From an uncultured Ruminococcus sp. (GTDB lineage: Bacteria; Bacillota; Clostridia; RUG12999), in assembly GCA_902784685.1 (NCBI GenBank), contig CACZWA010000002.1, positions 1 to 39,411 of the forward strand: a stretch of DNA of 39,411 nucleotides. Reading direction: 5' to 3'. The notes under the pieces were generated by a model. It was not told the origin of the DNA. It made no database searches and saw nothing but the letters and a program-made list of their open reading frames with translations. The translations under genes and the position numbers were made by a program. Below, piece after piece: positions 37,098 through 39,411 of this stretch. The stretch's first letter is position 1, and each line of letters begins with the position of its first letter.

Positions 37098-38072
37098 TTA
37101 AAGCTCCTCAAGACTGCCGAGCAAAACGCCCGATACGGCAAGATTATAATTTATATTCCTGCGCAGGTAGTTTTCGGTTTCAAGTAAATCCTGCATTGCC
37201 CTGACAAGCTTTTCGGGTTCTGTTTTTTGAGCCGCCTGTGAAAGTTTTTCGGCAAAGTCACGGTTTATAACAGAATCCTCCATACCTATACGAATAAGCA
37301 TAATATCTCTTAAAAAACTAAGCAAACACTCCAAAATGCTGCTTATATTTTTGCTGTTTTCTTTTTTTGTTAAGTTAATAAGCGGCAATATTCTGTGTTC
37401 GTCTATAAGCGCCATAACGGCTGAAAAACTTTTGTTTCGTATGTCCGTAAACTCCTCGTTTGAAGCAATTTTAAGAGCCTTGCCTATATTTCCTGCCGCA
37501 TAAGCGCAGGAAAAGGCGATTTCGTCCTTCGAGAGAGAAGTTTTTTCGCTCAAAGCTCTGCCTATTTCCGCCTTTGTGTAAGGCTGCATTTTAAGCATTA
37601 CCGAGCGTGATTTTACCGTATCAAGCATATCTTTTTCCGAGGATACGGTAAGAAGAAAAAGCACATATTCGGGAGGTTCTTCAAGCACCTTTAAAATGGC
37701 GTTTTGCGCCTGTGGCATTGCAAGCTCAAAGTTGTTTATAATAATAACTTTGCGTTTAGACATATACGGTCTTACATATATGTCCGCAATCATTGACCTT
37801 ACCGCCTCAACACCGATATTTTTTTTGCCGTCTTCGGGAACAATATGTTCAATATCGGGGTGAGACCCTGCCTGCGCCATAACACAGCTTTTACAGCTTC
37901 CGCAGGCGCAGTGGTTTTCGCAAACCACCATTTGAGCAATATAGTCGGTCATAAGGCTCTTGCCCATGCCGCTTTCGCCCTCGAGCGCATAGCAATGACC
38001 GAGCGTATCGTTTTTTAGGGAATTTAAGAAAAGCTTTTTGATGTTTTCCTGACCGATAATATCATTACTCAC
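37098..38072 (-). CDS. holB: DNA polymerase III subunit delta'
   Basis: GHCYALEGESGMGKS P-loop-like segment, zinc module CACGSCKSC and ILKVLEEPP; 324 aa. The GTG start is preceded by GGGAG. Confidence 0.85.
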   Translation of the reverse strand: MSNDIIGQENIKKLFLNSLKNDTLGHCYALEGESGMGKSLMTDYIAQMVVCENHCACGSCKSCVMAQAGSHPDIEHIVPEDGKKNIGVEAVRSMIADIYVRPYMSKRKVIIINNFELAMPQAQNAILKVLEEPPEYVLFLLTVSSEKDMLDTVKSRSVMLKMQPYTKAEIGRALSEKTSLSKDEIAFSCAYAAGNIGKALKIASNEEFTDIRNKSFSAVMALIDEHRILPLINLTKKENSKNISSILECLLSFLRDIMLIRIGMEDSVINRDFAEKLSQAAQKTEPEKLVRAMQDLLETENYLRRNINYNLAVSGVLLGSLEEL

Positions 38073-38111
38073 TACGCAACTCCCGCAAACATAAATTATT
38101 CTTCATTTAAT

Positions 38112-38140
38112 ATTATACACTATATATCAGCAAAAATCAA
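38112..38140 (-). promoter_or_regulatory. putative holB promoter (TTGATT-17 nt-TATAAT on - strand)
   Basis: Reverse complement gives TTGATT (38135-38140) and TATAAT (38112-38117). Confidence 0.45.
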
Positions 38141-38175
38141 GTATTTATTGATTAAAAATTTACGGTCGGCGATTT

Positions 38176-38565
38176 TTAAGGTATCAGGTCGGATGGATTT
38201 GTGCCGATATACCTGTTAAACAACTTATTAAAATAATAAATATCGGGGCAACCGACATAGTTTGAAACCTCGGTTACATTATACTCTCCTGTTTTAAGCA
38301 GCATTTCGGCTTTTTCCATACGCAGACGGTTTTTGTATTTTACGGGAGAAGTACCTGTTACTTCGGCAAACTGCCTGCGGAAAGCCGTCATACTCATATT
38401 GCAAAGGTTTGCCAGATATTCGGGAGATACATCTGTTGTATAGTTGTTTTTTAGGTACAAAAGGGCTTTATATACGCCGTGGTGACGGTGTTTTAAGTTT
38501 TTTGTTTCCAAATCAATAAAAAGATTATGAAAAAAATCCCATAAAAGAGAATAACACTTAAACAT
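38176..38565 (-). CDS. AraC-family HTH-only protein (about 129 aa), either MarA-like or an N-terminally truncated remnant
   Basis: The C-terminal 100 aa form a complete AraC double HTH (LANLCNMSMTAFRRQFAEVTG, GCPDIYYFNKLFNRYIGTNPSDL). The 73 codons upstream in the listed ORF (38566-38784) are antisense to a conserved oxidoreductase sequence and are probably not translated. Confidence 0.5.
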   Translation of the reverse strand: MFKCYSLLWDFFHNLFIDLETKNLKHRHHGVYKALLYLKNNYTTDVSPEYLANLCNMSMTAFRRQFAEVTGTSPVKYKNRLRMEKAEMLLKTGEYNVTEVSNYVGCPDIYYFNKLFNRYIGTNPSDLIP

Positions 38566-39411
38566 ATAACCAAGCTCGCCTCTGAACCATGCTTCGCACA
38601 AATTCATGCATACAAGCATTTTGCCGATGATTTTGAAATTGTAGCCGTACAGGATATAAATGAGGAGGCGGCAAAAGGTACTGCGGAAAGACACGGAATA
38701 AAAAAATATTACACAGACGCCGAAAAAATGCTTTCCGAGCAAAAACCCGACATCGTTTCGGTCTGCGTTCCGAACTGTTTTCATAAGGAATATACTTTAA
38801 TGGCGCTGGAATTTGGCGCAAATGTTCTTTGCGAAAAGCCTCTTGCGGTATCTTATACGGATGCCGAGGAAATGTTTTTACTCGCAAAGGAAAAGGGTAA
38901 GCTCCTTATGGCGTGTCAGAGTATGAGGTTTACTCCCGACAGGCTTGCCGCAAAGGAATATATAGAAAAAAATGCTATTGACGACATTTACTATGCCGAG
39001 CTTTCGAGAACGAGAAGAAGGGGCATACCGTTTTGGGGAACTTTTCATATGAAAAAGTTCAGCTGCGGAGGTGCGTTTATTGATATAGGCGTGCATATGC
39101 TTGACGCACTTGTATGGCTTATGGGCAATCCGAAAGTAAAAAGCGTTAGTGCCGTTACGGGGCAAAACCACAAAAATGAGATTGGCTCTCTTGCGGGAAG
39201 CGGCGCTCTTACGGGAAAGGTTGACCTTGCGAGAAAGTTTAATCCCGATGAAATGGATGTTGAAGATTTTTCGTGCGGAACGATAACCTTTGAGGGAGGA
39301 ATAAGAGTGCCGTTTAGAGTTGCGTGGGCAATGAATATGCCCGAAACGTCGGATATAAGGCTTATAGGTAAAAAATGCGGAATGTTTTTGCCCGAATTAA
39401 AGGTTTACAGC
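38545..39411 (+). pseudogene. Gfo/Idh/MocA family oxidoreductase, 5'-truncated (no start codon, no GxGxxG); 3' end outside window
   Basis: This is my own translation of a frame open from 38545 to the window end. It is absent from the ORF track because it has no stop. It reads ...FEIVAVQDINEEAAKGTAERHGIKKYYTDAEKMLSEQKPDIVSVCVPNCFHKEYTLMALEFGANVLCEKPLA.... The first 12-15 residues or so, with the Rossmann glycine motif, are missing. The first in-frame ATG is at 38728. Confidence 0.6.

Noticed and set aside
38566-38784. N-terminal 73 codons of listed ORF 38176..38784
   Set aside because: This part is the exact antisense of conserved Gfo/Idh/MocA coding sequence and has no AraC-like sensor-domain features. 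Only the HTH part from ATG 38565 is credible.
1-39411. CRISPR arrays, IS elements, integrases, prophage or known defence-system genes
   Set aside because: No spaced direct-repeat arrays, terminal inverted repeats, or transposase, recombinase, reverse-transcriptase or nuclease-NTPase defence signatures appear in any of the translated ORFs.

Overview
This window looks like a low-GC Firmicutes (Clostridia-like) chromosomal segment, almost fully coding and dominated by housekeeping genes. Several gene orders match Bacillus/Clostridium synteny: ecfA-ecfT-truA, lon-engB, holB-yaaT(ricT) and addB-addA. Other calls are one tRNA-Pro(CGG), upp, citrate synthase, dut, dusB, apbE, aspartate kinase, a PPi-type phosphofructokinase and a 2x[4Fe-4S] ferredoxin. 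The accessory-looking content is: (a) a larA-etfB-etfA-lctD cluster, i.e. a lactate (or other 2-hydroxyacid) racemase plus an Etf-coupled FAD dehydrogenase; (b) an AraC regulator divergent from a 561-aa uncharacterised glycosidase-like protein; (c) an SLH-anchored surface protein; (d) a small AbrB-like gene co-transcribed with a YnbB-type PLP enzyme and an EamA transporter; and (e) at the 3' end, a short AraC HTH gene abutting a 5'-truncated Gfo/Idh/MocA oxidoreductase, which looks like a deletion scar. I found no CRISPR array, transposase, integrase, phage genes or recognisable defence genes, and no protein-coding system that I can call novel. The most unexplained signals are non-coding. One is a tandemly repeated promoter/leader module upstream of citrate synthase (7764-7974). 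The other is a GC-rich, apparently structured island in an ORF-free 392-bp convergent gap (about 5297-5446). All functional calls come from reading motifs in the supplied translations; no database search was possible.
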